Source: an uncultured Pseudomonadota bacterium (GTDB taxonomy: Bacteria; Oederibacteriota; Muellerivitia; Muellerivitales; Muellerivitaceae). Taken from it: 64,000 bases of DNA. The stretch is taken from positions 53,683-117,682 of the forward strand of contig CAWJKT010000007.1 in the NCBI GenBank assembly GCA_963843375.1, given 5' to 3'. The position numbers and the translations under genes are program-made. The notes under the pieces were generated by a model. That model did no database searches. It was not told where the DNA came from and saw nothing but the letters and a program-made list of their open reading frames with translations. This document shows, piece by piece, positions 18,124 to 26,986 of the stretch. Each line of letters opens with the position of its first letter. Within the stretch, counting starts at the first letter, position 1.

Positions 18124-21108
18124 ATGATGAAAAAGACCTTTCTCCTGATATGGATTTTGTCTTTGCCGCAGGTTTTATTGTCCCAAACCTGGACCAACCT
18201 GGGTATCGGAGGCGGCGGGGCCCAATATGCTCCTTCCTTCTCCTACCTTGACCCCAATCTGGTCTTTCTGCAATGCGATATGGGGGGAATTTTTCTCTCG
18301 GATAACAACGCAGTCAGCTTCCAAATCCGTCCTTTCACCCAGTTCGGCTCCGATACCGACTATCCCAACGGAGCCTGCCCCATCGGCTACGACCCCAACG
18401 ACGTGAACAACCTCTGGGGGTTCGGCCTGGAGAACGACGACGTCAACGGAAGCCTTCTTTTCAGCTCCAACGAGGGCGGCACCTGGGCCTACGCTCCCAC
18501 CCAGCCCACTTGGGGCAACAATACCCGCATTACCCGCATCGTGGTGGACCGAGGCAATTCCAACTTCATCGTGCTGGGAGCGGATTCAGGAGCCTATTAC
18601 TCCACCAACTACGGAGCCTCTTGGGTTTCTTGCGGCGGAGTGGATGGTTATGTTTGGGACATCGTCATTGACCAATCCTCGCCCGTGACAAACCGAACTG
18701 TTTATATAGGAACGGACGTGGACGCTAATGCCGGCGCGGGTGGCGGCGTTTTCAAGGGCACCGACGTGAACACGGGAGGGACTTTCGTAGCCGCCAACAA
18801 CGGGCTTCCCACGCCCGCGGCCTTGACCGGCTTTTCCGGCGCCAGCCTGAGCAGCCCCGCTACCGTGGTGCTTTATGCGGTTTACGATAGTGGCGGGGGT
18901 ACCTATAACGGTACCGATGTTTATACCTCCGTCAATGGCGCGGCCAACTGGACCCTTTCACTTTCCGGAACCACGACGGGAGCCGATGGGTTTAATAAGG
19001 TGGAATGCTCCGAAGGAGCGCCTGCCACGGCCTATGCCATCAACAATTCGCAGAACGCCGTTGAAGGCGTATGGCAAACCACCAATTACGGCGCCTCCTG
19101 GACGAACGTCTTCATGCCCTCCACCAGCGGCGGCAACGTAACTCTGGGCTGGATTGATTACGATATTCTCTTCCAGGAGGGCGCCGCCTGGATCCAGTTG
19201 AAGGTGGATCCAGTCAATCCCAACCGTGTGGTCGCCACCGACCTGGACTGCTCCTACATGACCACCAACGGCGGCACCACCTGGGATGAGATTTACTCGG
19301 CCTTCGCTGACACACCCCCCATCGGGGCAAGCAAACAATGGACGACTTTGGGGCTGGAAGTCACCACGGCCTGGCATTACTACATCTGCCCCTGGTCTTC
19401 CACTACCCATTACATTTGCCAGAGTGATATCGGCCTGCAGCGTTCCACCGACAGCGGAAGTACCTGGTACCACAGCCTGCCCTTCAGCACCGTCTGGCAC
19501 AACACCATCTTCGAGATGGCTTTTAACGCCGCCACCAGCGTCATCTATGCGGCCGCCTCCGATCAGCACGACATCTGCCATTCCACCCAGATCGGCACCA
19601 ACGTCACTCTCCAGGGGGGCGGGGTTTTGGAAAGTGCCAACAACGGCGTCTCCTGGACCAGCGTTTCCACCGGCCTGCCCACCATTCCGGCTACTTCCAT
19701 TTTGCGAGACCCCACCACCGGCAACCTTTACGTGGCCATGTGGGGCAATGCCACTTCCGGAACCCAGGGCGGCGTTTATATGTCCAGCAATAGCGGGACT
19801 TCCTGGACCATCATGAACACGGGGCTGGGCAACAGTCCAAATTTTCACGCTTACCAATTGAAGGAAGACTCTGCGGGAGATTTGTTTTGCCTGATCTCGG
19901 GTTATCTAAATGAAAGTACCGATACATGGACTCCCGGCGGAATATGGAAATTCACCAAGGGGGCAACAACATGGAATTATTTGACGGGAACGGCGGATAC
20001 GGGTAATGGCAACGCACCTCTTTACTACCTGCAGGGTTTTGACGTGGACTCCACCGGAACGACCATTTACGCTGCTTCAATGAAATGGGGCAGCCCTACC
20101 CAAAAGGGCATGTTTGTTTCGACCAACGGTGGAACCAGTTGGACCCACCCGATCTCGACTTTTCCGGGGACCGTCAACCCCATCGACGGCTTCTGCCCCA
20201 GTATCAACCCCAATAACTCCTCGGATGTTTACCTGGGGACGGAAGACGAGGGGCTTTGGGAAAGCCTGAATGCCGGAAATACCTGGACCCAGATTACCGG
20301 GGTACCCTTTCGAAGCACCCACCGGGTTTATTTTGACCCGGCCACGGGCAACCGTTACTTGACCACCTTTGGGAACAGCGTCTGGAAATTGACCTCGGCG
20401 ACAACCCCAACCTCCACTGCCACTTCAACACCCACCACTACACCCATTGGCAATACCAACACCCCCACTTCCTCCACAACCAGAACCGTCACCTCTACTC
20501 CCACCAATACGGCGACTTATAGCGTCACCGCCTCTCCCACCTTTACCACCACACTCACCACAACCTTCACGCCGACTTTCACACCTACCGTCACTTCCTC
20601 ACCAACTCTAACCTCCACGGGTACCTTGCTACCAGCCAATACGCCTTCTTCTACCTTCACGAAAACCCCGACCCCCAGCCCAACCTCCACGCCCTCGTCC
20701 ACTTTGACTCTAACCCCAACCTTCACTCTCACATCTTCTCCCACTTTCACCCTCACCCATACCAATTCTCCCACCGGAACCTTAACCCCGCCTGTTCCTC
20801 TTTCAGTCACACCCACACCGAACCCGGCGGACCCCATTCTTATCTTCCCTAACCCAGTTAACAACCCGGGTGAGATTCAAATCCAATTCACATTGGGCCA
20901 GTCTGCCAACGATATCAACGTTTCGGTTTTTACGACTGCCTTCCGGAAAGTGAACGAAGTCGATTACGGGTCACAACCTGCGGGGAGGTTAACACTGCCT
21001 TTGGCCACACAAGACAAATGGGGCATGCCATTGGCTAACGGCCTTTATTATTTGGTGGTTAAAACACCCGGAGGACGCTCGGTTGGAAAATTAATGGTGT
21101 TGAGGTAA
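18124..21108 (+). CDS. secreted BNR/Asp-box double beta-propeller glycoside hydrolase-like protein (GH74-like), Thr/Pro stalk, T9SS-type-A-like CTD
   Basis: Signal peptide, GGGGAQY...DPN...CDMGG, many SxNxGxSW Asp-boxes, SDIGLQRS, TPT stalk, IFPNP...LANGLYYLVVK...GKLMVLR. Confidence 0.8.
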   Translation: MMKKTFLLIWILSLPQVLLSQTWTNLGIGGGGAQYAPSFSYLDPNLVFLQCDMGGIFLSDNNAVSFQIRPFTQFGSDTDYPNGACPIGYDPNDVNNLWGFGLENDDVNGSLLFSSNEGGTWAYAPTQPTWGNNTRITRIVVDRGNSNFIVLGADSGAYYSTNYGASWVSCGGVDGYVWDIVIDQSSPVTNRTVYIGTDVDANAGAGGGVFKGTDVNTGGTFVAANNGLPTPAALTGFSGASLSSPATVVLYAVYDSGGGTYNGTDVYTSVNGAANWTLSLSGTTTGADGFNKVECSEGAPATAYAINNSQNAVEGVWQTTNYGASWTNVFMPSTSGGNVTLGWIDYDILFQEGAAWIQLKVDPVNPNRVVATDLDCSYMTTNGGTTWDEIYSAFADTPPIGASKQWTTLGLEVTTAWHYYICPWSSTTHYICQSDIGLQRSTDSGSTWYHSLPFSTVWHNTIFEMAFNAATSVIYAAASDQHDICHSTQIGTNVTLQGGGVLESANNGVSWTSVSTGLPTIPATSILRDPTTGNLYVAMWGNATSGTQGGVYMSSNSGTSWTIMNTGLGNSPNFHAYQLKEDSAGDLFCLISGYLNESTDTWTPGGIWKFTKGATTWNYLTGTADTGNGNAPLYYLQGFDVDSTGTTIYAASMKWGSPTQKGMFVSTNGGTSWTHPISTFPGTVNPIDGFCPSINPNNSSDVYLGTEDEGLWESLNAGNTWTQITGVPFRSTHRVYFDPATGNRYLTTFGNSVWKLTSATTPTSTATSTPTTTPIGNTNTPTSSTTRTVTSTPTNTATYSVTASPTFTTTLTTTFTPTFTPTVTSSPTLTSTGTLLPANTPSSTFTKTPTPSPTSTPSSTLTLTPTFTLTSSPTFTLTHTNSPTGTLTPPVPLSVTPTPNPADPILIFPNPVNNPGEIQIQFTLGQSANDINVSVFTTAFRKVNEVDYGSQPAGRLTLPLATQDKWGMPLANGLYYLVVKTPGGRSVGKLMVLR

Positions 21109-21116
21109 CCGGCCCT

Positions 21117-21623
21117 TTAATGTTCCAGGGACCCGACAAACCCGGGAGTGATAACTTCCTCGACTTTGGGTTGGGCCACGAATTGCCCGTCCCGATATTT
21201 CAGGATGATATGGCTGGATCTGGCGTCCAGATAGTCCATGACAATGTCGCTTTCCCCCAGGGTCACGCCGAAGTTTCTTTGGATTTTTTTGTTAAAACTC
21301 ATGACCAATTTCTTGGTCAATTCGAGCTTCTCTTGAGCATTTTTTGGATCGGTATGAATTCCCACCACCGAAAGTTCGATTACTTTTTCTTCAGGGTCGT
21401 AAGTAACCCCAACCCGATAAATCTCGGCGCTATTGATCATATCCCCCGGCTTTTTGGCTTCCAGGATGGCGCAAACGGAAATCATCATGGATTGGAGGTA
21501 ATTGGCCACCCGTTCTCCCGTGGGGACGCTTTGGGTCTGGGCCAACGCGTCGTTACCCGCGTAGATCCGCCCTGCCAGGAATAAACCCAAAATCATCATT
21601 CCAACCCATTTTCGATAATTCAT
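21117..21623 (-). CDS. hypothetical exported protein
   Basis: Start MNYRKW at 21623 after GGAG, with a signal-peptide-like N-terminus. Confidence 0.6.
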   Translation of the reverse strand: MNYRKWVGMMILGLFLAGRIYAGNDALAQTQSVPTGERVANYLQSMMISVCAILEAKKPGDMINSAEIYRVGVTYDPEEKVIELSVVGIHTDPKNAQEKLELTKKLVMSFNKKIQRNFGVTLGESDIVMDYLDARSSHIILKYRDGQFVAQPKVEEVITPGFVGSLEH

Positions 21624-21633
21624 AAATTCTCCA

Positions 21634-22752
21634 TTAAACATTAAATCGGAAATGCACCACATCCCCGTCTTTCATGACGTATTCCTTGCCTTCCGTGCGT
21701 AGCTTGCCCGCTTCCCGGGCCTTGGCAGTGGAACCCGCCGAAACCAAGTCGTCGTAGGAATAAACTTCCGCCTTGATGAAACCCCTCTCGATATCCGAAT
21801 GGATCTTGCCGGCCGCTTGAGGTGCGAGGGTCCCTTTGGTGATGGTCCAAGCCCGGGCTTCCATCGGCCCCGCTGTGAAATAGGAAATAAGCCCAAGAGT
21901 TTCATAGGACTTTCGGATAATGGCGTGCAATCCTCTTTCCTTGATTCCCAGATCCGCGAGAAATTGCTGGGCTTCCTCTTCGGGTAATTCAGCCACTTCG
22001 GACTCGATCTTGGCCGAGATGGGCAGGCACCCGGCTTGGTGGGATTCGGAGTATTTTTTAAGGGCCTGATAAAACTTGTTCTGGTTGGGATCAGCCAGGT
22101 CGTTCTCGGACACATTTCCGATGAAGAGAAAGGGTTTGCGAGTGAGCAAGCTCAACTCCTTGAGCTTTTTTTCCTGCTCCAGCGTCGCGGAAAGTGAAAT
22201 GGCTGGTTTTCCCTCTTCCAATACCTTTTTCACCGCGGAAAAGAGGTCCCATTCCAGGAGGGCCTCCTTATCCCCTGCTCTTTTGCCCTTCTCGGTCCTT
22301 TGCAGGCGTTTATCCACCGTTTCCAGGTCCGCCAGGCAAAGCTCAGTCAGGATGATTTCAATGTCCCGCACAGCGTCAATGGATCCTTCCACATGCACGA
22401 TATTGCCATCCTCAAAGCACCGAACCACCATGGCGATTGCGTCCACCTCGCGAATATGGGACAAGAATTTGTTTCCAAGCCCTTCGCCCTTACTGGCGCC
22501 CTTCACCAGACCGGCGATATCCACGAATTCCACGATGGCCGGAACCTGTTTTTCGCTCTTCTCAATAGCCGCCAGCTTCCCGATGCGGTCATCGGGAACA
22601 GTTACCACCCCAACGTTGGGATCAATCGTGCAAAAGGGATAGTTTTCCGCGGGAGCTTTGGATTTGGTAATCGCGTTAAAGAGGGTGGACTTGCCAACAT
22701 TGGGCAGACCGACAATTCCAATTTTCAATTCAAGCTCCTTTAATAAATTCAC
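21634..22752 (-). CDS. ychF: redox-regulated Obg-family ATPase YchF
   Basis: GIVGLPNVGKSTLFNA, NYPFCTIDPN, DIAGLVKGASKGEGLGNKFL and the TGS-domain end EGKEYVMKDGDVVHFRFNV. Confidence 0.97.
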   Translation of the reverse strand: MNLLKELELKIGIVGLPNVGKSTLFNAITKSKAPAENYPFCTIDPNVGVVTVPDDRIGKLAAIEKSEKQVPAIVEFVDIAGLVKGASKGEGLGNKFLSHIREVDAIAMVVRCFEDGNIVHVEGSIDAVRDIEIILTELCLADLETVDKRLQRTEKGKRAGDKEALLEWDLFSAVKKVLEEGKPAISLSATLEQEKKLKELSLLTRKPFLFIGNVSENDLADPNQNKFYQALKKYSESHQAGCLPISAKIESEVAELPEEEAQQFLADLGIKERGLHAIIRKSYETLGLISYFTAGPMEARAWTITKGTLAPQAAGKIHSDIERGFIKAEVYSYDDLVSAGSTAKAREAGKLRTEGKEYVMKDGDVVHFRFNV

Positions 22753-22853
22753 CGAAGGGAAACGGAGGCACAGTTTAAAGATTTTGAGGGAATTTAAAAC
22801 CCCAAAGATGGCCTTGTGGGCCCCCTGTCACGGTACCTCGGCGATGAATGGTT

Positions 22854-23729
22854 CTATTGAATTTTCTGGATCAATACGGGCAATTGGGCGGGTTTTGGCA
22901 CCATCTGGAGCACCCATGAACGGGCCGGGGGGGTGTTCAATTGCTCCGCTGAGGGCAAAAGGTCGTCATACCAAAGGATCGTCTTGTCGGCATAATTTTC
23001 CATGCGTTTAAAACGCACGGAGTAGCCGCCGGTCGGTTTTTGACCCGTAAAAAAGACCACTAAATCGTTCTTGTTGAAATCGACGGCGGGCGGGTCCAAC
23101 CCCGGTTCCAATAAGTGCCAATAGAGATTGTAATGATCCGGGTCGGAAATGATTTCGTCGTATGAAAATGCCACCGGGGCGTTAGGCCCTCCCCATTGGG
23201 GAAGCCCCGAAAGATCCAGCACCATATCCAGCGAAGGCGTACCAAAGGCATTGATCCCATGCTGGGAAAGCCACCGCTTGGTTACCTTCACCAGCGTGTT
23301 ATCGCCCGCATTTTGAATAAAGTGGGTTAAAAAAGCCAAGGCCACAAAAAGAAGAAGAATACCCAGGATCGGCTTAAAGGAAGAGGATTTTCGGGTTGGG
23401 CCTAGGGGCGGCAAGGGCGGGGCTTCTTTAACCGAACGTTGTTTCTTGGGGGCCGCTTCCACTTCTTTGGGAGCAAGGGGTTTGGGCGTTTTAAATAACC
23501 ACCTTAAGATCTTTAAATCCCAAGGTTCGGATGGCGGATTGGATGAAACCACCGGAGCCTTTACGGTTCCGCCGCGCAGGCGATCCAACTCTTTACGGGC
23601 GGAAGCGCAAAGATTTAAGTGCCGGGCGACCATGCGGCGGTCCCTCGCCGAAAGACTGTCGTTTAAATAGCCTCTCAACAATGGATGTAATTGCTCGCAT
23701 TCGTTCATTTCCAACCTCATCGGCGTCAA
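22854..23729 (-). CDS. zf-HC2 anti-sigma-like N-terminus, TM helix and PrcB C-terminal-like domain
   Basis: CEQLHPLLRGYLNDSLS...HLNLCASA, one TM helix, then PPAVDFNKNDLVVFFTGQKPTGGYSV. Confidence 0.7.
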   Translation of the reverse strand: MTPMRLEMNECEQLHPLLRGYLNDSLSARDRRMVARHLNLCASARKELDRLRGGTVKAPVVSSNPPSEPWDLKILRWLFKTPKPLAPKEVEAAPKKQRSVKEAPPLPPLGPTRKSSSFKPILGILLLFVALAFLTHFIQNAGDNTLVKVTKRWLSQHGINAFGTPSLDMVLDLSGLPQWGGPNAPVAFSYDEIISDPDHYNLYWHLLEPGLDPPAVDFNKNDLVVFFTGQKPTGGYSVRFKRMENYADKTILWYDDLLPSAEQLNTPPARSWVLQMVPKPAQLPVLIQKIQ

Positions 23730-23918
23730 GCCGTTAACGTAGCTTTTCGAAGGTCATCCTATCAAAAACCAGGCTTATCTTCACCCTCGATTCCAGTGAT
23801 TTCCAGAAAACTAAACCTTTTTCCCTTCGCTTCCTTCCAACCCGCTGTCTTGACTTTTCCTACCTCGGTGAATAACGTAGGCCTGTCGACTTTTAAAAAC
23901 ACGATACATGGAGGAAAT

Positions 23919-24521
23919 ATGGGTGACGCAACTTGGACAGAGATATTGAATATCTTTTTCCGCTGGTTCCACGTGGTTTTCGGGATTTTATGGATTGGCC
24001 TTTTGTATTTCTTTAATTTCGTCAACGCCAACTTCGCAAAAACATTGGATGCGGACTCGAAAAAGAAGGTGGTTCCGGAACTGATGCCCCGGGCTCTTTT
24101 CTTTTTCCGCTGGGGGGCGATGCTTACCTTCCTGTTTGGCCTGGTTCTGCTCTATATCAACTATATGATGCCCGGCCACGAAGCCAGCTTTGACAGTGCC
24201 CGGGGGCATTGGATCATGCTGGGGGCGGGCTTTGGATTTATCATGTGGTTCAACGTCTGGTTTATCATTTGGCCCGGCCAGCGCAAGATCATTAACGGCG
24301 TAAAGACTGGTAGTCCGGCCGCCCCGGAAATTGTCACCCGGGCCGCCAATGCCTCGAAATTGAATGTCTACCTATCCGTCCCCATGGTATTCGCCATGCT
24401 GGCAGCTGGCGGGCATTTCATACACGATGAATGGTATTGGTTCGTGGGTGTCATCGTGATTGGTGCATTTGCCGCTGCGGGTGCTTACAAAAGGGCCGCC
24501 AAGGTTTCGACCGAAGTTTAA
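23919..24521 (+). CDS. urate hydroxylase PuuD-like membrane protein (Urate_ox_N domain only)
   Basis: RWFHVVFGILWIGLLYFFN, FFRWGA, IMWFNVWFIIWPGQRK and N.YLSVPMVFAM motifs. RBS GGAGG before ATG 23919. No cytochrome c CxxCH. Confidence 0.8.
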   Translation: MGDATWTEILNIFFRWFHVVFGILWIGLLYFFNFVNANFAKTLDADSKKKVVPELMPRALFFFRWGAMLTFLFGLVLLYINYMMPGHEASFDSARGHWIMLGAGFGFIMWFNVWFIIWPGQRKIINGVKTGSPAAPEIVTRAANASKLNVYLSVPMVFAMLAAGGHFIHDEWYWFVGVIVIGAFAAAGAYKRAAKVSTEV

Positions 24522-24538
24522 TCCCTCTAACAACAATA

Positions 24539-24580
24539 AAACAAAAAAAGGCCCTGGATATCCAGGGCCTTTTTTTGTTT
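24539..24580. terminator. bidirectional intrinsic terminator
   Basis: Perfect 42-bp palindrome AAACAAAAAAAGGCCCTGGAT/ATCCAGGGCCTTTTTTTGTTT between convergent genes. Confidence 0.85.
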
Positions 24581-24595
24581 ACCACTTCTTTCGCC

Positions 24596-25150
24596 TTAGT
24601 TCGTAATGGGATGGATTCCAGATGTATTTCCAAGCAATTCGGGATTAAAGTCCACTTTGTGATCCAAAAAGTTCTTGAGGTAGGTCCGTCTGATCGTTTT
24701 GAAAAACTTTTCCAATTCCGGGTCAGCCTGGTTGGATTCCATGGCTAAGAGATTAAGAGCGATAGCAAAAGCCGTTTCCACATGTTCGTGTCGAAATTCT
24801 ATGCTTTTCATCACAAAATCGTTATAGCGCTTAATCCCCTGTTTATAAATTTCCATCGCTTTTTTATTGTCCTGGCCCTGGTAGAACTTTCCCATTAGGT
24901 AAAAAACCTCCAGATCTAGCACGTCCGAATGAACGATATTCTCGAACTGGTTGACGGCTTCCACGACGTGGAATTTGGAAGTGGAGTCCTGAAAATAACT
25001 GTTAAGGCAGTACTTGGCGAAACGCGCCCTGAGGTAATGGTCTTGGGGGTTCCGGCGAAGAGCGTCTTTGTAACGCTTAAACTCCACCAATTGAACCAAT
25101 TTTTTAAGAAGATTAAGGAATGGGGAAGCGATACTCGCTAGGAAACTCAT
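24596..25150 (-). CDS. hypothetical TPR-like helical protein
   Basis: YKDALRRNPQD and FYLMGKFY...KAMEIYKQGI TPR-like segments. Confidence 0.6.
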   Translation of the reverse strand: MSFLASIASPFLNLLKKLVQLVEFKRYKDALRRNPQDHYLRARFAKYCLNSYFQDSTSKFHVVEAVNQFENIVHSDVLDLEVFYLMGKFYQGQDNKKAMEIYKQGIKRYNDFVMKSIEFRHEHVETAFAIALNLLAMESNQADPELEKFFKTIRRTYLKNFLDHKVDFNPELLGNTSGIHPITN

Positions 25151-25313
25151 AGTGATAAAAGTTTATCACCGGTCTTAAAAGCTTGTCAAAGTTAAAGGCG
25201 GAAAATTGTAAAAATAGACCCTTTTTGTTAGCAACCTTTTCGACCGGTTTTGGCGGCATCATTATTTTTAGAATGGGAAGAAAGTAACCAATGGAAAAGA
25301 TCCTTATAAATTC

Positions 25314-25772
25314 TCATCCGTCGGGGGAGTTCTCTTTGCCCTGAAGGGATTTCAACAAATCGACTTGCTGGGGAGTCAGAATTTTTTTCTCTAGTTCTAA
25401 TTTTGCCTTTACCTTGACGCCTAATCTCTTGCCTTGCAATTCCCCAATGTTCTGGACAATCAAATCCAATTTATCCTGGTCCGGATCGGATTTTTCAAGT
25501 TCATTTTCCAAGTCCACTTCTTTAACTTTCAATTGGCCGTCCAATACCGCGATAGCCTTTCGGTAAGCGGCTCGGTGCTGCTGGAGTAATTTATGCTGTT
25601 CATCCGTCAGTTGGAGGCGCTTAATGATTTCGCGGCGGGTAAGGTGACCGGATTGAGTTTCGGTTGGTTTGGCTTTGAGCCCGCTGTCGGAAGCTGGCTG
25701 CGAATAGGAAATCCCGACCGACGATAGCAGAAACAGACCGGCTATCGCCTGAATCAAATACTTGCTATTCAT
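25314..25772 (-). CDS. Spy/CpxP/heavy-metal-sensor-like periplasmic protein
   Basis: Signal peptide, LQLTDEQ and ILTPQQ (LTxxQ) motifs, coiled coil. Confidence 0.8.
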   Translation of the reverse strand: MNSKYLIQAIAGLFLLSSVGISYSQPASDSGLKAKPTETQSGHLTRREIIKRLQLTDEQHKLLQQHRAAYRKAIAVLDGQLKVKEVDLENELEKSDPDQDKLDLIVQNIGELQGKRLGVKVKAKLELEKKILTPQQVDLLKSLQGKENSPDG

Positions 25773-25828
25773 AGTTCCTCCGAGCCTGTTTTAAAAGGAT
25801 GCTAAAGAATATTTTTTTGACCGCCCCA

Positions 25829-26254
25829 TTAAAGGAGGATTTCATCCCCAGCCAGAACATCCGAATGATCGTCGTCATTTGTCAAAAGGTCGGCAGTTGA
25901 AGTCGATGGTTCGCTCAGAAGAACCGATACATTGACCAGTCCCAAATCGCGGGTCACATTAGTCCCAGCTTCTGAAATAGACATCAGGTAAGACGCCATG
26001 TCATTCTTGTCATTGGTATCGATATGGTAAAAGGCGCCGGTAAAGCCAATACAAAGGCATGCCGCCATGGCAACCCATCTAACTGGATGCCCCCAGGGCC
26101 TCCAAATGATATGATTCCAAAAATGCTTTTTGGGAGCCGCTAAGCGGTCCTCGATCTTAAACCACACCCGGTCAAATATGATTTCTTCCGGTGCGCCTTC
26201 GGCCATTTTTTTCAGGGCCTTTGAAATGTCTTCGTCTTTCCAATTATGTTTCAT
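25829..26254 (-). CDS. putative membrane anti-sigma factor
   Basis: Directly downstream of the ECF sigma gene, with VWFKIEDRL followed by a single TM helix (WVAMAACLCIG). Confidence 0.65.
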   Translation of the reverse strand: MKHNWKDEDISKALKKMAEGAPEEIIFDRVWFKIEDRLAAPKKHFWNHIIWRPWGHPVRWVAMAACLCIGFTGAFYHIDTNDKNDMASYLMSISEAGTNVTRDLGLVNVSVLLSEPSTSTADLLTNDDDHSDVLAGDEILL

Positions 26255-26271
26255 CGTATCCTCGAACTTCC

Positions 26272-26820
26272 CTATACATCTTCGTGCGTAAGACCCTCTT
26301 TTTCCAGCGTTTCTTTCAAAAATGCCTTGGCCCGGTGAATATTGGACTTCACCGACCCCAGGGAAAGATTGAGGCCTAACGCAATATCCTCGTAACTTAA
26401 CTCATCCATCTCCCTCATCAAAAGGCACGCCTTTTGTTTTTCCGGGAGTTTTTCCAGCGCTTTGGCGACTACTGGGCTTAATCCCAGATTGACCGCTTTT
26501 TCGCTGTCTTTCTTCTCCTGCGCTTCCGGGGCATTCTCAAATCCCAGAAAGGTTAAAATTTTCCGCCGCCTCAAAAGATCAAGGCAGTAGTTAGTCGTCA
26601 TGCGATAAAGCCACGTGCTAAAAGCCGAATCACCCCGGTAATTTTTGATGCGGTCAAAAACCTTGAGGAATACTTCCTGCAAGGCGTCTTCCCCGTCGTT
26701 CGGTGAACCCAACATGCGCCAAGATAGGTTGTAAACCTTTTTCCGGTGCATTTCATACAGAACATGTAAACCGGCAATATCCCCATTTTGGCAACGTTGA
26801 ATGGCTTCAAGTTCTGTCAT
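26272..26820 (-). CDS. ECF-family RNA polymerase sigma factor
   Basis: EDALQEVFLK, FSTWLYRMTTNYCLD and LSYEDIA..L.LSLGSVKSNIHRA motifs. Confidence 0.95.
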   Translation of the reverse strand: MTELEAIQRCQNGDIAGLHVLYEMHRKKVYNLSWRMLGSPNDGEDALQEVFLKVFDRIKNYRGDSAFSTWLYRMTTNYCLDLLRRRKILTFLGFENAPEAQEKKDSEKAVNLGLSPVVAKALEKLPEKQKACLLMREMDELSYEDIALGLNLSLGSVKSNIHRAKAFLKETLEKEGLTHEDV

Positions 26821-26844
26821 ACGCCACCTGGCTTACCTATTTTT

Positions 26845-26873
26845 ATGACGATTCACCACAAGGAATAGTTGCA
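26845..26873 (-). promoter_or_regulatory. putative autoregulatory ECF promoter
   Basis: Minus strand TGCAAC-N17-CGTCAT about 25 nt upstream of the sigma ATG. Confidence 0.55.
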
Positions 26874-26986
26874 GGGATGCAGAGGAAAACACAATTATTG
26901 GGGGTAAGGGTACATAAGACAAATATGTCGGAACAAATAGAGAGAGAACCCTTCTAACGTTTTCAGGGACTTTTCCCGGCTAGATT

